The position numbers and the translations under genes were made by a program. From a virus (lineage: Duplodnaviria; Heunggongvirae; Uroviricota; Caudoviricetes), in IMG/VR virus record IMGVR_UViG_2821013286_000001, positions 1 to 64,000 of that record: a DNA stretch of 64,000 nucleotides; one strand, 5' to 3'. Under the pieces are notes generated by a model. It saw nothing but the letters and a program-made list of their open reading frames with translations, was not told where the DNA came from and made no database searches. Below are positions 1 through 9,075 of the stretch, in pieces (positions within the stretch are counted from its first letter, which is position 1; the number at the start of each line of letters is the position of its first letter).

Positions 1-2
1 AG

Positions 3-311
3 GTGTCGCGACCGTTCGGCTCGGCTCAGTGGCGCTTCATGTATAATGCGGACGGCACCGGTCGTTTCGATTTTGAGCGCTCCACTGTCGATTATCTGGT
101 GCGTGAAGGTTGGCTCGAAAAGGCTTCTCGTCCTGGCTATGTCGTTTGGGACGGTAAACAGATGACCTTCGAGCAGCTGGCGCGCGACATCGAAAGCCGC
201 AACGCGATGGCTGAGCTGCATGCTCTGCTTCCTGCAAAGCATGATTATGAAGTCGTCGCAGAAGCAGCCCTTCTCACCGATGAGCAAGCCGAAAGCGCTT
301 CGGCAGCGTAA
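3..311 (+). CDS. hypothetical protein (5' end outside window)
   Basis: ORF open to the window edge; codirectional with the downstream operon; no recognisable motifs. Confidence 0.4.
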   Translation: MSRPFGSAQWRFMYNADGTGRFDFERSTVDYLVREGWLEKASRPGYVVWDGKQMTFEQLARDIESRNAMAELHALLPAKHDYEVVAEAALLTDEQAESASAA

Positions 312-380
312 TAAACCTTGCTATAGGTTTCTAGGTTCCCTTATATCTATGATTCTATAAAAATAGATACTGAGGTAATC

Positions 381-884
381 ATGAAGTGCATTTCCATCTG
401 GCAGCCCTTCGCCACACTCGCGGCGAAGGGCTATAAAGTATTCGAGACTCGCTCTTGGATGCCTCCGAAGAGCCTGATCGGTCAGCGCATTGGAATTGCA
501 TCCACTAAAATCATGCGTCCTGAGCAGCGTGCCTACATTGAGCGGGACGATTTCAAATTCTTCTATCAACGCACTGGCCTGCCCTCTTTGCAGGATTTGC
601 CTCATGGGTATCTTCTCGGCACAGCCATTCTGGATCGCGTCGAGTTTATTTCTGAGGAGTTCCTGGAAGAAATATCAGCCGAGGAATATCAATACGGCTG
701 GTATGAGCTTGGACATTATGCGTGGGCCTTGATCGATCCGATCGAGCTTGCGCGTCCAGTTCCGATCAGAGGCAAGCAGGGCATTTACGATTGGAATGGT
801 CCTCTTGAAGCTGAAATTGAACCTAGCGAAACGTTTACACAAGAAAGGCCGCAGGACATTAGGCGCCTACTTCGAGTTGTCTAG
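381..884 (+). CDS. ASCH (PUA-like) domain protein
   Basis: N-terminus ISIWQPFATLAAKGYKVFETRSW matches the ASCH signature (hmSIkqPWAeLI.sGkKtvE.R.w); AGG-type SD upstream. Confidence 0.55.
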   Translation: MKCISIWQPFATLAAKGYKVFETRSWMPPKSLIGQRIGIASTKIMRPEQRAYIERDDFKFFYQRTGLPSLQDLPHGYLLGTAILDRVEFISEEFLEEISAEEYQYGWYELGHYAWALIDPIELARPVPIRGKQGIYDWNGPLEAEIEPSETFTQERPQDIRRLLRVV

Positions 885-891
885 CGGCAAA

Positions 892-1203
892 TTGATCTAT
901 GCGGCGTTCCGCAAACATGGTGATCTGTATCGCGCAGGCGAGCGCACAATTTCAGGCGCGATACAGCAGGAAAAGTCAGGCTGGACGATGGATGAGGACA
1001 CTCTCCTTCGGCTGCGTACCGAAAAAGTCGAGCTAATCGCCATTGTCGTCAAAGAAACGAAGGATATTTTCGTCACGACGGCTGAATCATTTCGGGACAG
1101 AGAAAAAGCCAAATACGGCAACTACAGCGGCAGCGGCGGCACCGTCATTCGCTATCTCCCTCTTCAATATTTCACAAAGAAAAGCGGAACCGTAAAAATC
1201 TGA
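892..1203 (+). CDS. hypothetical protein (start uncertain; long ORF 748..1203 overlaps upstream gene)
   Basis: Open frame after the ASCH gene stop; possible TTG start at 892 or ATG at 988. Confidence 0.3.
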   Translation: MIYAAFRKHGDLYRAGERTISGAIQQEKSGWTMDEDTLLRLRTEKVELIAIVVKETKDIFVTTAESFRDREKAKYGNYSGSGGTVIRYLPLQYFTKKSGTVKI

Positions 1204-1225
1204 CTTGCATTCCAGTGTTAACCCT

Positions 1226-1245
1226 GTAGATAAATGTTTACACAT
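1226..1245. promoter_or_regulatory. palindromic intergenic element (TGTATAAAYRTTTATACA family)
   Basis: gtagaTAAATGTTTAcacat, 50 nt upstream of gene 1296. Confidence 0.5.
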
Positions 1246-1263
1246 AATAAGCGCACAAAGCGC

Positions 1264-1295
1264 AATAACAATTTGACACAAAAACAAGGTTGATC
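1264..1295 (+). promoter_or_regulatory. conserved 5' leader (AATAACA...CACAAAAACAAGGT) abutting the start codon
   Basis: aataacaatttgacacaaaaacaaggttgatc; same leader at 4084, 18001 and 22702. Confidence 0.4.
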
Positions 1296-2243
1296 ATGCC
1301 GAAACAAATTTTCACGTTTAAGCGTCCGGTCAAAAACGTCTCCGATCTGGAGACCGGTGTTGTGACCTTTTCCGCTACAGTTTCTTACGACCAGTTTGAT
1401 CTGATCGCACAGGCAACGACGCCGTTGCGCACCATAGCGTACCGTTCCTTGAAGCACATCGAACCCACTGCTGACGCTCTGGTCGTGAAAATCCTGCAGA
1501 TTCCCGGTCAGTGCTTCGTCCTCGACGGAATGGCGCGAGCGTCGATCTGGAAAAAGAACCAGAAGCTGCGCCCCGGCAAGCTAACTGCCGTTATTTATCA
1601 CGTCGAGGACCCAAACGCGGATGCGCTGGCGATCTATAACGAGATTTACAAGACAATCGACAGCCAGAAAGCCGCGCGAAAGGTGCAGCATTCTGTTGCC
1701 GGCGCTCTTGAGACAGCAATTGGAACGTCCATGAAAAGCTTTATGCGCTTCGGGGCTTTCAGTGGTGCAGTCAAAATGCTTGCGCGCCATTCGACTGCAT
1801 CGTCCGCTGACGCCAAGAATCCTCGCTCTGCTGCGCTTCACTTCGCGCCACAGATCCGCGAGCTGGACGACATCGCGCCGGTGAAAGAGAAGTTCCCTTC
1901 GGCGATGATCGCTGCGGCTCTGGCCGTTTTGCACGTCGATCCGACGAAGATGAAGGCTGCGATTGCTGCCTATAATTCCGGCGCGAACCGTATCACCAAG
2001 AGCGGTAAGTCCAATGCGTTCCAGATGATCGATGAGTATCTGGTCTCTGGCGTGGCGACAGCGAAGAACACGGACATTTACTACCACACGCGCTACCTGG
2101 CGGCATTGCTGCTTTTGGCCGAGGCAAAGCCTAACAGCTTGTTCTCCGTGACCGCGGTCCCTCCTCTTTCTGAAACGGTCTTCAAGTCGATGATCAATCC
2201 GCCGTCCACCAAGTCGGCCGGCAAGATCAAACAGGCTGCGTGA
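1296..2243 (+). CDS. hypothetical protein
   Basis: 317-aa ORF (ATG 1296; track uses TTG 1290) preceded by the conserved leader cacaaaaacaaggt; no confident family assignment. Confidence 0.5.
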   Translation: MPKQIFTFKRPVKNVSDLETGVVTFSATVSYDQFDLIAQATTPLRTIAYRSLKHIEPTADALVVKILQIPGQCFVLDGMARASIWKKNQKLRPGKLTAVIYHVEDPNADALAIYNEIYKTIDSQKAARKVQHSVAGALETAIGTSMKSFMRFGAFSGAVKMLARHSTASSADAKNPRSAALHFAPQIRELDDIAPVKEKFPSAMIAAALAVLHVDPTKMKAAIAAYNSGANRITKSGKSNAFQMIDEYLVSGVATAKNTDIYYHTRYLAALLLLAEAKPNSLFSVTAVPPLSETVFKSMINPPSTKSAGKIKQAA

Positions 2244-2929
2244 GGTCCGCAATGAAAGCGAACTCCATTCAGACGAGGCTCGCCAGGGCGAAGAAGCATA
2301 TGACGCTGTTCTATGCAGGCGAGCCGCTCTTCCCGATGAGCGAAATTGATTTCAGTGAGATTCTGGATGTTCCGGAATCTCACAATAAGGAATTCACGAA
2401 CTTTTTCTTGTCGTCGTTCCGCGAGCGATACGAGAATGCCTGCTATAAAGCTGAAAGTTTGGGTCTCACCTACCCTTACTTCATGCCGAACAAGCGCCGC
2501 GAAGATGGCTCCTACGAGTACTACGCGGCACGTGGCTTCTATATACGCCAGCCGTTCCTTCAGGAGCTGGCCGATATGTACCGGGACGCCAATAAGCGCA
2601 AGGCTGTGCTCCTCGCCTGGAGCCGTATCTCTGCTTTCTCAATCGCCAAGTCTGCAAGCGGTCGCCGTAGGTTCGAGAAGGAAACTGCAGCAATCATGCG
2701 TGAAGTTTTCAACGCTCTAGCCATCGGCGACGAAGCGGATGCGGTCAATAAGATCGTTCGATTGACGCCGGGGCGCGCGAAAGTTCAACCCATCACTGAG
2801 GCGCGTAAGGTTACGCAGAGCACCTTGTTCAAGGTGGATGATCTCGTCAATGAGCAAAGCGAATTGGAAGTCTCCGACGAGGAGATCAACGACGAGTTTT
2901 TTATGAATATTATCAAGAAAAGGGCATAG
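2240..2929 (+). CDS. hypothetical protein
   Basis: ATGA stop-start overlap with upstream gene; 229 aa. Confidence 0.5.
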   Translation: MRSAMKANSIQTRLARAKKHMTLFYAGEPLFPMSEIDFSEILDVPESHNKEFTNFFLSSFRERYENACYKAESLGLTYPYFMPNKRREDGSYEYYAARGFYIRQPFLQELADMYRDANKRKAVLLAWSRISAFSIAKSASGRRRFEKETAAIMREVFNALAIGDEADAVNKIVRLTPGRAKVQPITEARKVTQSTLFKVDDLVNEQSELEVSDEEINDEFFMNIIKKRA

Positions 2930-2931
2930 CC

Positions 2932-4050
2932 ATGAAGATCGGTATCGTGTCGGACCTCCATTGTCATATCTGGTCCACATTTGCCACGACGAACAGTGAA
3001 GGCATCAATTCTCGCCTCGCAACTATTCTGTCCGAGGTTGAGCGCGCAGCAGCCACTGTAAAGGCTGCCGGTGGCAATCTCTTGTTGCTCGGTGGTGATC
3101 TGTTCCACAAGCGCGGCACGATTGACCCTGAAGTGCTCAATCCGGTTCGTGAGACGTTCGGCAATATCCTTCGCATGGGCGTCTCGATTGCTGGAATTCC
3201 CGGCAATCACGATCTGAAGTCGCGTGACACGTCAGCCTTGTCGAGTGCAGTGCAGAACCTGGACGGTCTGAGCGATATCGATGGCGACATGGCTACACAG
3301 ACGGTCACGCTCTTCAACCAGCCAACCGTCAGCGATCTTGGCGGCGTATTTATCGCTTATGTTCCGTGGCGCGAAGATACCGGCTGGCTGCTGAAGGATA
3401 TCGAAGACCTGCTGGCTACATCCAAGGTAGATCCGGCACAGACCTATCTTCTCATTCACGCAGGCATCGACGGTGTTCTGGCTGGCATGCCTGACCATGG
3501 CCTGACGGCTGCCAAGCTCGGTGCATTCGGTTTCCGTGGCGTCTTCTCCGGTCACTACCACAATCACAAGGCGCTTGATCACAACGTGTATTCGATCGGT
3601 TCGCTCACGCACCAAACCTGGGGCGATATCGGAACGAAGGCAGGCTTTCTGCTACTCGACACTGACACGAACGAAGTCCAGTACAATGCAACCCACGCGC
3701 CGTTGTTTCTCGACGTGTCGGATCTCGATGAAGACGATCTCGCAATGGACTGCCCAGGTAATTACGTTCGGTTTCGTGGGCCGCATATGACGCAGGATCA
3801 GATCAACGAGCTGCGCGAGGAACTTATCGACTACGGCGCGGTAGGTGCGCTCATTCAGGTGGCGCGCTCAACTCCGTCCATGCGTCCCGCTGCTTCAGCA
3901 TCTGGCAAGGTCATGTCGCTGGATGATTCAGTGTCAGCGTTCGTTGATGGCCGCAAGGATATTCCGGTTGGCCTCGACGCAGAGGAAATCAAGCGCAGAT
4001 CGCAGATCATTCTCGACGAAGCCCGACTCGTCGATGCAGACGCCTCCTGA
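2932..4050 (+). CDS. sbcD: SbcD/Mre11-family nuclease (calcineurin-like phosphoesterase), T4 gp47-like
   Basis: Metallophosphatase motifs: IVSDLH (motif I), GGDLFH (II), GNHD (III), and later HAG and GH.H motifs. Confidence 0.8.
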   Translation: MKIGIVSDLHCHIWSTFATTNSEGINSRLATILSEVERAAATVKAAGGNLLLLGGDLFHKRGTIDPEVLNPVRETFGNILRMGVSIAGIPGNHDLKSRDTSALSSAVQNLDGLSDIDGDMATQTVTLFNQPTVSDLGGVFIAYVPWREDTGWLLKDIEDLLATSKVDPAQTYLLIHAGIDGVLAGMPDHGLTAAKLGAFGFRGVFSGHYHNHKALDHNVYSIGSLTHQTWGDIGTKAGFLLLDTDTNEVQYNATHAPLFLDVSDLDEDDLAMDCPGNYVRFRGPHMTQDQINELREELIDYGAVGALIQVARSTPSMRPAASASGKVMSLDDSVSAFVDGRKDIPVGLDAEEIKRRSQIILDEARLVDADAS

Positions 4051-4083
4051 CGTTACCCGTCACAAATCACGATAAAAATAAGA

Positions 4084-4111
4084 AATAACAAAGCACAAAA
4101 ACGAGGTAACG
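4084..4111 (+). promoter_or_regulatory. conserved 5' leader
   Basis: aataacaaagcacaaaaacgaggtaacg then ATG 4112. Confidence 0.4.
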
Positions 4112-4462
4112 ATGGAACTGTTTACGGTTCACTTCACCGAGAAGAAGATTATCGATGTCTATGGATCTTCCGGACGCGACAAGGGTAAGAAAATTCGCGA
4201 GTACGTGGAGGATATTCCACGTACTATTCACGCACTCCCACTCTCCACCGCTCTTCAATACAAGGATTGTGACAACTATCGCCGCGTGAAGTACGTGATT
4301 GGCGATGAAAAAGTCAGCTACAAGGCGCATAACGGTGCACGCAAGGCTACCAATAGCGGCTCTGTATCGTTTGCTGCCAAGTCGAAGGCGAAAGCTTCAA
4401 GTGCAATCAAGAATGCAGCAATGACTGGCGACATGTCGGCTGCGATCAACGCGGAGGTTTGA
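4112..4462 (+). CDS. hypothetical protein
   Basis: 116-aa ORF with the conserved leader cacaaaaacgaggtaacg immediately upstream of the ATG. Confidence 0.45.
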   Translation: MELFTVHFTEKKIIDVYGSSGRDKGKKIREYVEDIPRTIHALPLSTALQYKDCDNYRRVKYVIGDEKVSYKAHNGARKATNSGSVSFAAKSKAKASSAIKNAAMTGDMSAAINAEV

Positions 4463-4824
4463 CGATGGATAAGCCGCCAGTTGGAACAATTTGGCGTCAT
4501 AAGAGACGCCAGTCAGCATACAGGATTGCAGGCTACTATTACGGCTCTCTCGAAGAGAACGGTCATAAGGATGGTGAAAAGACATTTTACTGGCGTTGGA
4601 CCGACAATGGTCAATCATACGTCGATATCTCACCATTCCCGCCTTATCCTGATTATCCGTCGAGCGATTTCTGGATCGACCTGCAAATCGAAGTGACTGT
4701 CCAGACGAGCGATCCTGGTAGGGTCGGTGTCCTCGTTATCTATCAGAGCTGCGATGACGGCAAAATGTGGATACGTCCAATCGAGGAATTCATGGATGGC
4801 CGCTTCGAACAGGTGCACCCATGA
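4459..4824 (+). CDS. hypothetical protein
   Basis: ATGA overlap with upstream ORF; 121 aa. Confidence 0.45.
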   Translation: MTMDKPPVGTIWRHKRRQSAYRIAGYYYGSLEENGHKDGEKTFYWRWTDNGQSYVDISPFPPYPDYPSSDFWIDLQIEVTVQTSDPGRVGVLVIYQSCDDGKMWIRPIEEFMDGRFEQVHP

Positions 4825-5012
4825 AGCAGTTCGCTACAAAAGCTGTCACGAAGCTCGCAGAGGCTTACCGGGACTATGACCGCGCAAATCCTGATATCGG
4901 CATGGGTCCGAGCGCTGGATACTTCGTGGACATGGCAGCCAAGGCTCTCGATCTGCAAAAGCATGAATACGATGCCGTTGAGGCAGAAAAGACATTGAGG
5001 AACACACGATGA
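4821..5012 (+). CDS. hypothetical small protein
   Basis: ATGA overlap at both ends (4821 and 5009); 63 aa. Confidence 0.35.
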   Translation: MKQFATKAVTKLAEAYRDYDRANPDIGMGPSAGYFVDMAAKALDLQKHEYDAVEAEKTLRNTR

Positions 5013-6949
5013 AATTTCCATCGCTTAAAATTCATAATTTCCTTGCTCTCACCGAGGCAGACATTGGACTTGCCGACAAGGGGCTTGTTCTGATTTCCGG
5101 CAAGAACCACGCAGACACGTCGGCCAACTCCAACGGCGCCGGCAAATCCTCCATCGCTGATGCGCTTTGCTGGTGTTGGTTCGGAACGACCGCGCGCGGC
5201 GCGTCTGGCGATGACATAATCAACAAGATCGCCGGCAAGGACTGCTTCGTGGAATCGACTGTCATTGACGATGACGGCACGACATATACGGCGACGCGAT
5301 ATCGCAAGCACAAGACCTACAAGAACTCGTTCCGTATCTCGTCGTCTGACGGCTTCACAACGACCGATCTAACCAAGGGCACCGACAAGCTCACGCAGGA
5401 AGTGGCCGAAAAGATCCTCGGCTGTTCCTATGACGTATTCAAGGGCGCGATCTACGCCGGTCAGGAACAAATGCCGGACCTTCCTGCGATGACTGACAAG
5501 GCAATCAAGCTGCTGCTCGAAGAAGCCGCTGGCGTGACGATGCTTGAAGAAGCGCACAGACTGGCGCGCGAGAAGTCGGCGCTCTCTGGCGCTACCGTTA
5601 CGCTGCTGGAAAACGATATCAATAGTCTGACGTTGAAGCTTGATGGCTTCAGTACGACGCTGGCAGACGCAAAGACCGCAGAAACGGATTGGGTCGCGCA
5701 GCAAAAGGCGAAGATCGACGCAGCGGCGCTCAACGTCAAGAACCAGGACGAGACTTACCAGAAGTGCTCGGCTGACTTGCTGGCTTTCGATGCCGCGTCC
5801 GTCATCAACTCCATCAACGACTGCAACACGAAACTTTCCAGCATTCCAGCCAACCAGGCGAAGATCGCGGAGTACAATACCAAGATCAACAAGCTTCGGA
5901 CGATGGAAGCGTCGCTCTCGTCCGCGCGTCAGCTGAAAAAGAACATCCTTGGCAATATTGTCGAGGAAATAGCCGACGCGGATCATCAGGTCGGCTGCCC
6001 ATGTAAGGCTTGTGGACGTGAAATCACTGTCAACGAAATTGCCGATACCAAGAAGGCTCTCGAAGCTCGTCGTGAAGTGGCGGAAAAGGAACTGACAGAC
6101 CTTGAAGCAAATGTGGCGAAGGCATCAACGGCAATCTCAACGCTGACGGCTGAGAAAGAGTCCTTCGAAGCATCCCTGCCGGACCTATCCGAGCTGGTCG
6201 CAACTCGTGACGAATTGCAGAAACAGCATCAGTCCTATCAGACGGAAGAAAAGGCCGTTAGTGCATTAAAGGACGGACTCGCGCGGCTGATTGCAGAACG
6301 TGAGCGGCTTGAGGCTGAAACCAATCCTCACGCACCTATGGTCGAGAAGCTGACGACAAATATTGGCGATTTGCAAAAGCAGATCGATGCCAAGAAGGCG
6401 CTGCTTGTCGAGGCGCAGACTTCGCACAATTACGACCTGGAAGTGGTGAAGGTCTATTCGCCGTCTGGCGTTCGCGCTCACGTGATGGACGACATCACGC
6501 CGTTCCTGAACACACAGACCGCGAAATACCTTGGCGTCATGTCTGACGGCAATATCAACGCGACATGGACGACGCTCACAAAGACGGCGAAGGGCGAGCT
6601 GCGCGAGAAATTCTCCATCGATGTCGAGAACGCAACCGGTGGCGGCAATTTCAAGCTTCTGTCCGGTGGCGAGAAGCGCAAGGTTCGTATCTCCACCGCC
6701 CTCGCCTTGCAGGATCTGGTAGCGACGCGCGCCGTCAAGCCGATCGACCTGTTCATTGGCGATGAAATTGACGACGCGCTCGATGATGCCGGACTTGAGC
6801 GTCTGACCGTCATTCTCGAAGAAAAGGCCAAGGAGCGCGGTTCCGTCTTCGTTATCTCGCACAATGAGATTTCGGATTACGTGAAAAACGTTCTTCTGGT
6901 CGAGAAAAACACGGACGGCACAAGCACCATAACAGAAATGGCGGCGTGA
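5009..6949 (+). CDS. sbcC: SbcC/Rad50-family ATPase, T4 gp46-like
   Basis: N-terminal Walker A GKNHADTSANSNGAGKSS; long coiled coil with central CPCKACG zinc hook; ABC signature LSGGEKRKV; D-loop/Walker B LFIGDEIDDALD. Confidence 0.8.
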   Translation: MKFPSLKIHNFLALTEADIGLADKGLVLISGKNHADTSANSNGAGKSSIADALCWCWFGTTARGASGDDIINKIAGKDCFVESTVIDDDGTTYTATRYRKHKTYKNSFRISSSDGFTTTDLTKGTDKLTQEVAEKILGCSYDVFKGAIYAGQEQMPDLPAMTDKAIKLLLEEAAGVTMLEEAHRLAREKSALSGATVTLLENDINSLTLKLDGFSTTLADAKTAETDWVAQQKAKIDAAALNVKNQDETYQKCSADLLAFDAASVINSINDCNTKLSSIPANQAKIAEYNTKINKLRTMEASLSSARQLKKNILGNIVEEIADADHQVGCPCKACGREITVNEIADTKKALEARREVAEKELTDLEANVAKASTAISTLTAEKESFEASLPDLSELVATRDELQKQHQSYQTEEKAVSALKDGLARLIAERERLEAETNPHAPMVEKLTTNIGDLQKQIDAKKALLVEAQTSHNYDLEVVKVYSPSGVRAHVMDDITPFLNTQTAKYLGVMSDGNINATWTTLTKTAKGELREKFSIDVENATGGGNFKLLSGGEKRKVRISTALALQDLVATRAVKPIDLFIGDEIDDALDDAGLERLTVILEEKAKERGSVFVISHNEISDYVKNVLLVEKNTDGTSTITEMAA

Positions 6950-7005
6950 CAATTTCAGCGGGGTTCCAGAAACTCCGCTGTCATTCCGCTTTCTTTGCTG
7001 ATATT

Positions 7006-7028
7006 TATGGATAAACATTTACATACAG
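7006..7028. promoter_or_regulatory. palindromic intergenic element
   Basis: tatggATAAACATTTAcatacag, 5 nt before ATG 7033. Confidence 0.5.
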
Positions 7029-7032
7029 AAAG

Positions 7033-7581
7033 ATGGCCATGAGTGAAGAACCAAAAGTTGATGCACCCGCAATGATGTCGAACTCCGAACCTAAGCTCGA
7101 AACACTGAGTAAGGCGCTTTATGCCGCCTATCACAAAGTCCCGATGGATGATGTTGAGCGCCTGAACGACAAGATTATGGCTCCGCTGACCGACGCGGAA
7201 ACGACCGTCAACACGGACATGACGCGCAAGGTTACTGTGAAGATGACGGATGGCTCCGGCTACCGCGCCAAGGTGGTTGAAGCTGATGCGGAATACTTCC
7301 CAACCGACCTAATTTTTATGCGCTCCGGCATACTCGTGATGCGGTTTGAGCCGGTGGACACGCGTGAGTGGGATTACATCGAACTTGGCGCCACACAGGC
7401 CGATCAGCTCTTCCCTGAATTGGCGGCACAGATGCTGAAGGCACATGGCGTCAACAAAGAGCCGGCGTCCACGACGATCATTGAGGCGATACAGCTGATC
7501 CTAGAAGAGTTTGAGAACCAGAAGGACGCGGATCGTGTTCGCGAGGAGTATCAGGATAATCCGCTCTTCGGCATATTTTGA
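7033..7581 (+). CDS. hypothetical protein (C-terminal tail ...EYQDNPLFGIF)
   Basis: 182-aa ORF 5 nt after a palindromic element. Confidence 0.5.
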   Translation: MAMSEEPKVDAPAMMSNSEPKLETLSKALYAAYHKVPMDDVERLNDKIMAPLTDAETTVNTDMTRKVTVKMTDGSGYRAKVVEADAEYFPTDLIFMRSGILVMRFEPVDTREWDYIELGATQADQLFPELAAQMLKAHGVNKEPASTTIIEAIQLILEEFENQKDADRVREEYQDNPLFGIF

Positions 7582-7593
7582 TTGGAGAATAAA

Positions 7594-8349
7594 ATGGCTA
7601 CTGGAATTAGGCCAAGGTGGGGGTCCGCCACTGCGAAAATTTCATCGCTCGACCCTCTTTATCCGATAATCGAGCTTTATGATCGTCAGGACAAGCTTCG
7701 AACATCATGGGCGAAGCAGGTTGCAGCTCATATGCGAGCGAACATGCAAGCTATGCAAGCCAATGACGTTCTGGCGTCCAACGCTTGTCAGGAATATTTC
7801 GTCACAACGCATATGTCCCTGTGCATTCTGGACGATATTACCTTTTACGCCTTGGAGGGTGAAGTTCTCGATTATGAAGTCGTGCAGGCGGCGGTTCATA
7901 TTCAGAACGGCGACGGCTACTCCATGTTTAAACCGCACCTTTGCGCCTCAACATCTGACCTTGGCAATCCGGTGATCTCAATCAACGGCAAGCGCCTGAT
8001 CGTTCTTTCTAAGACCTTCATCAGCGAATGGAGAGAGTTCAAGAAGAAAGAGACCGGTATTCTTACGCGCGCTGGCATGACCGCAGAACAGCTTCAGATG
8101 ACTGAAGGTGAGAATGGCGACGCCTATGATGCGCTTCGTGACGAGCTTTACGAGCTGATCTTGAAATCGATCCACAACGCGGCAGCTGTAGATGAGGCAG
8201 CGCTTTACAAGTCTGGAGACGACATCAAGATGATTCTCAATAAAGCTGGATTCGGCAGATCTTTTCACCTGTCAGCAGAAGAAGAGAAGGAAGAGGAACA
8301 GGACTACCAAGAACTATATAAAGACAACGAACTTTACGGAATGTTCTGA
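7594..8349 (+). CDS. hypothetical protein (C-terminal tail ...LYKDNELYGMF)
   Basis: ATG 7594 with GGAG SD (track calls TTG 7582); shares a C-terminal motif with the upstream gene product. Confidence 0.5.
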   Translation: MATGIRPRWGSATAKISSLDPLYPIIELYDRQDKLRTSWAKQVAAHMRANMQAMQANDVLASNACQEYFVTTHMSLCILDDITFYALEGEVLDYEVVQAAVHIQNGDGYSMFKPHLCASTSDLGNPVISINGKRLIVLSKTFISEWREFKKKETGILTRAGMTAEQLQMTEGENGDAYDALRDELYELILKSIHNAAAVDEAALYKSGDDIKMILNKAGFGRSFHLSAEEEKEEEQDYQELYKDNELYGMF

Positions 8350-8370
8350 CCGTAAACCCACGAAAATAAT

Positions 8371-8395
8371 CATATATTTATATTTACTGAATATT
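8371..8395. promoter_or_regulatory. degenerate copy of the palindromic element
   Basis: catatatttatatttactgaatatt upstream of the RuvC-like gene. Confidence 0.25.
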
Positions 8396-8409
8396 ATCAG
8401 GAGTAACAA

Positions 8410-8997
8410 ATGTCTCGAAAAGTGCTTGTCGCTGGATTAGACGGATCACTTAGAAACTTCGGCGCAGTCAAGGTGTGGCTCGATATCGACACGCTCGAAC
8501 TGGATGTCGTCGCCATGGATCTGTTCAAGACCGAGAAGTCCCAAGTCAAGAAGGTGCGCGCATCGTCTGATAATCTGGAACGCGCTCAGTCGATTGCAAC
8601 GGAATTGCGCACCGCGCTCACTGACTGCAAGGTGGCGTTTCTAGAAGTTCCGTCAGGTGGCCAATCTTACAGCGCGGTTCTCGGCTTCGGCATCGTGATC
8701 GGCCTCTATGCATCGCTGACTGTTCCGGTATGTGAGGTTTCCCCATCCGAAACCAAGCTCGCAACGGTGGGAACGAAGACCGCTTCGAAGCAGGAAATGA
8801 TCGAATGGGGAATAACCAACTATCCTAATGCTCCGTGGCGTACGCGCAAGAGTAAAGGACAGATCGTGCCGACCAATGACAATGAACATCTGGCCGACGC
8901 TCTCGCGATCATTCATGCAGGTATCAAAACGCCAGCATTCCAAACCACCCTCTCCTTGTTGCGCACGATTTACGGTCCTGTCGCGGTCGCAGCCTAA
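8410..8997 (+). CDS. RuvC-like Holliday junction resolvase
   Basis: N-terminal VLVAGLDGSLRNFGAV (first catalytic Asp in a beta-strand) and C-terminal EHLADALAIIHAG (RuvC H..DA.A.A motif); AGGAG SD. Confidence 0.5.
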   Translation: MSRKVLVAGLDGSLRNFGAVKVWLDIDTLELDVVAMDLFKTEKSQVKKVRASSDNLERAQSIATELRTALTDCKVAFLEVPSGGQSYSAVLGFGIVIGLYASLTVPVCEVSPSETKLATVGTKTASKQEMIEWGITNYPNAPWRTRKSKGQIVPTNDNEHLADALAIIHAGIKTPAFQTTLSLLRTIYGPVAVAA

Positions 8998-9016
8998 CCT
9001 TTTTATTTGTCAAGAC

Positions 9017-9045
9017 TGTTATATAAACGTTTATTTATATACAGT
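9017..9045. promoter_or_regulatory. palindromic intergenic element
   Basis: ttaTATAAACGTTTATTTATATAcag upstream of nrdB. Confidence 0.5.
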
Positions 9046-9075
9046 CAGAGTCCTTTCAGAAAATTTTGGTGTAAT

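Noticed and set aside
1581-2252. Minus-strand ORFs 1581..2252 and 12313..12777; plus-strand ORF 57332..57910
   Set aside because: All lie within or opposite longer genes with clear motifs or operon coupling: gene 1296, thyX and the terminase large subunit respectively.
5369-7018. Minus-strand ORFs 5369..5986 and 6266..7018
   Set aside because: Antisense to sbcC, Arg-rich, no RBS; spurious.
9007-9075. Upstream extension of nrdB (track start 9007)
   Set aside because: The extra 23 codons run through the palindromic promoter-like element and an AT-rich leader. ATG 9076 gives an N-terminus (MLFERQTTRYPDLYPW...) consistent with R2 proteins.
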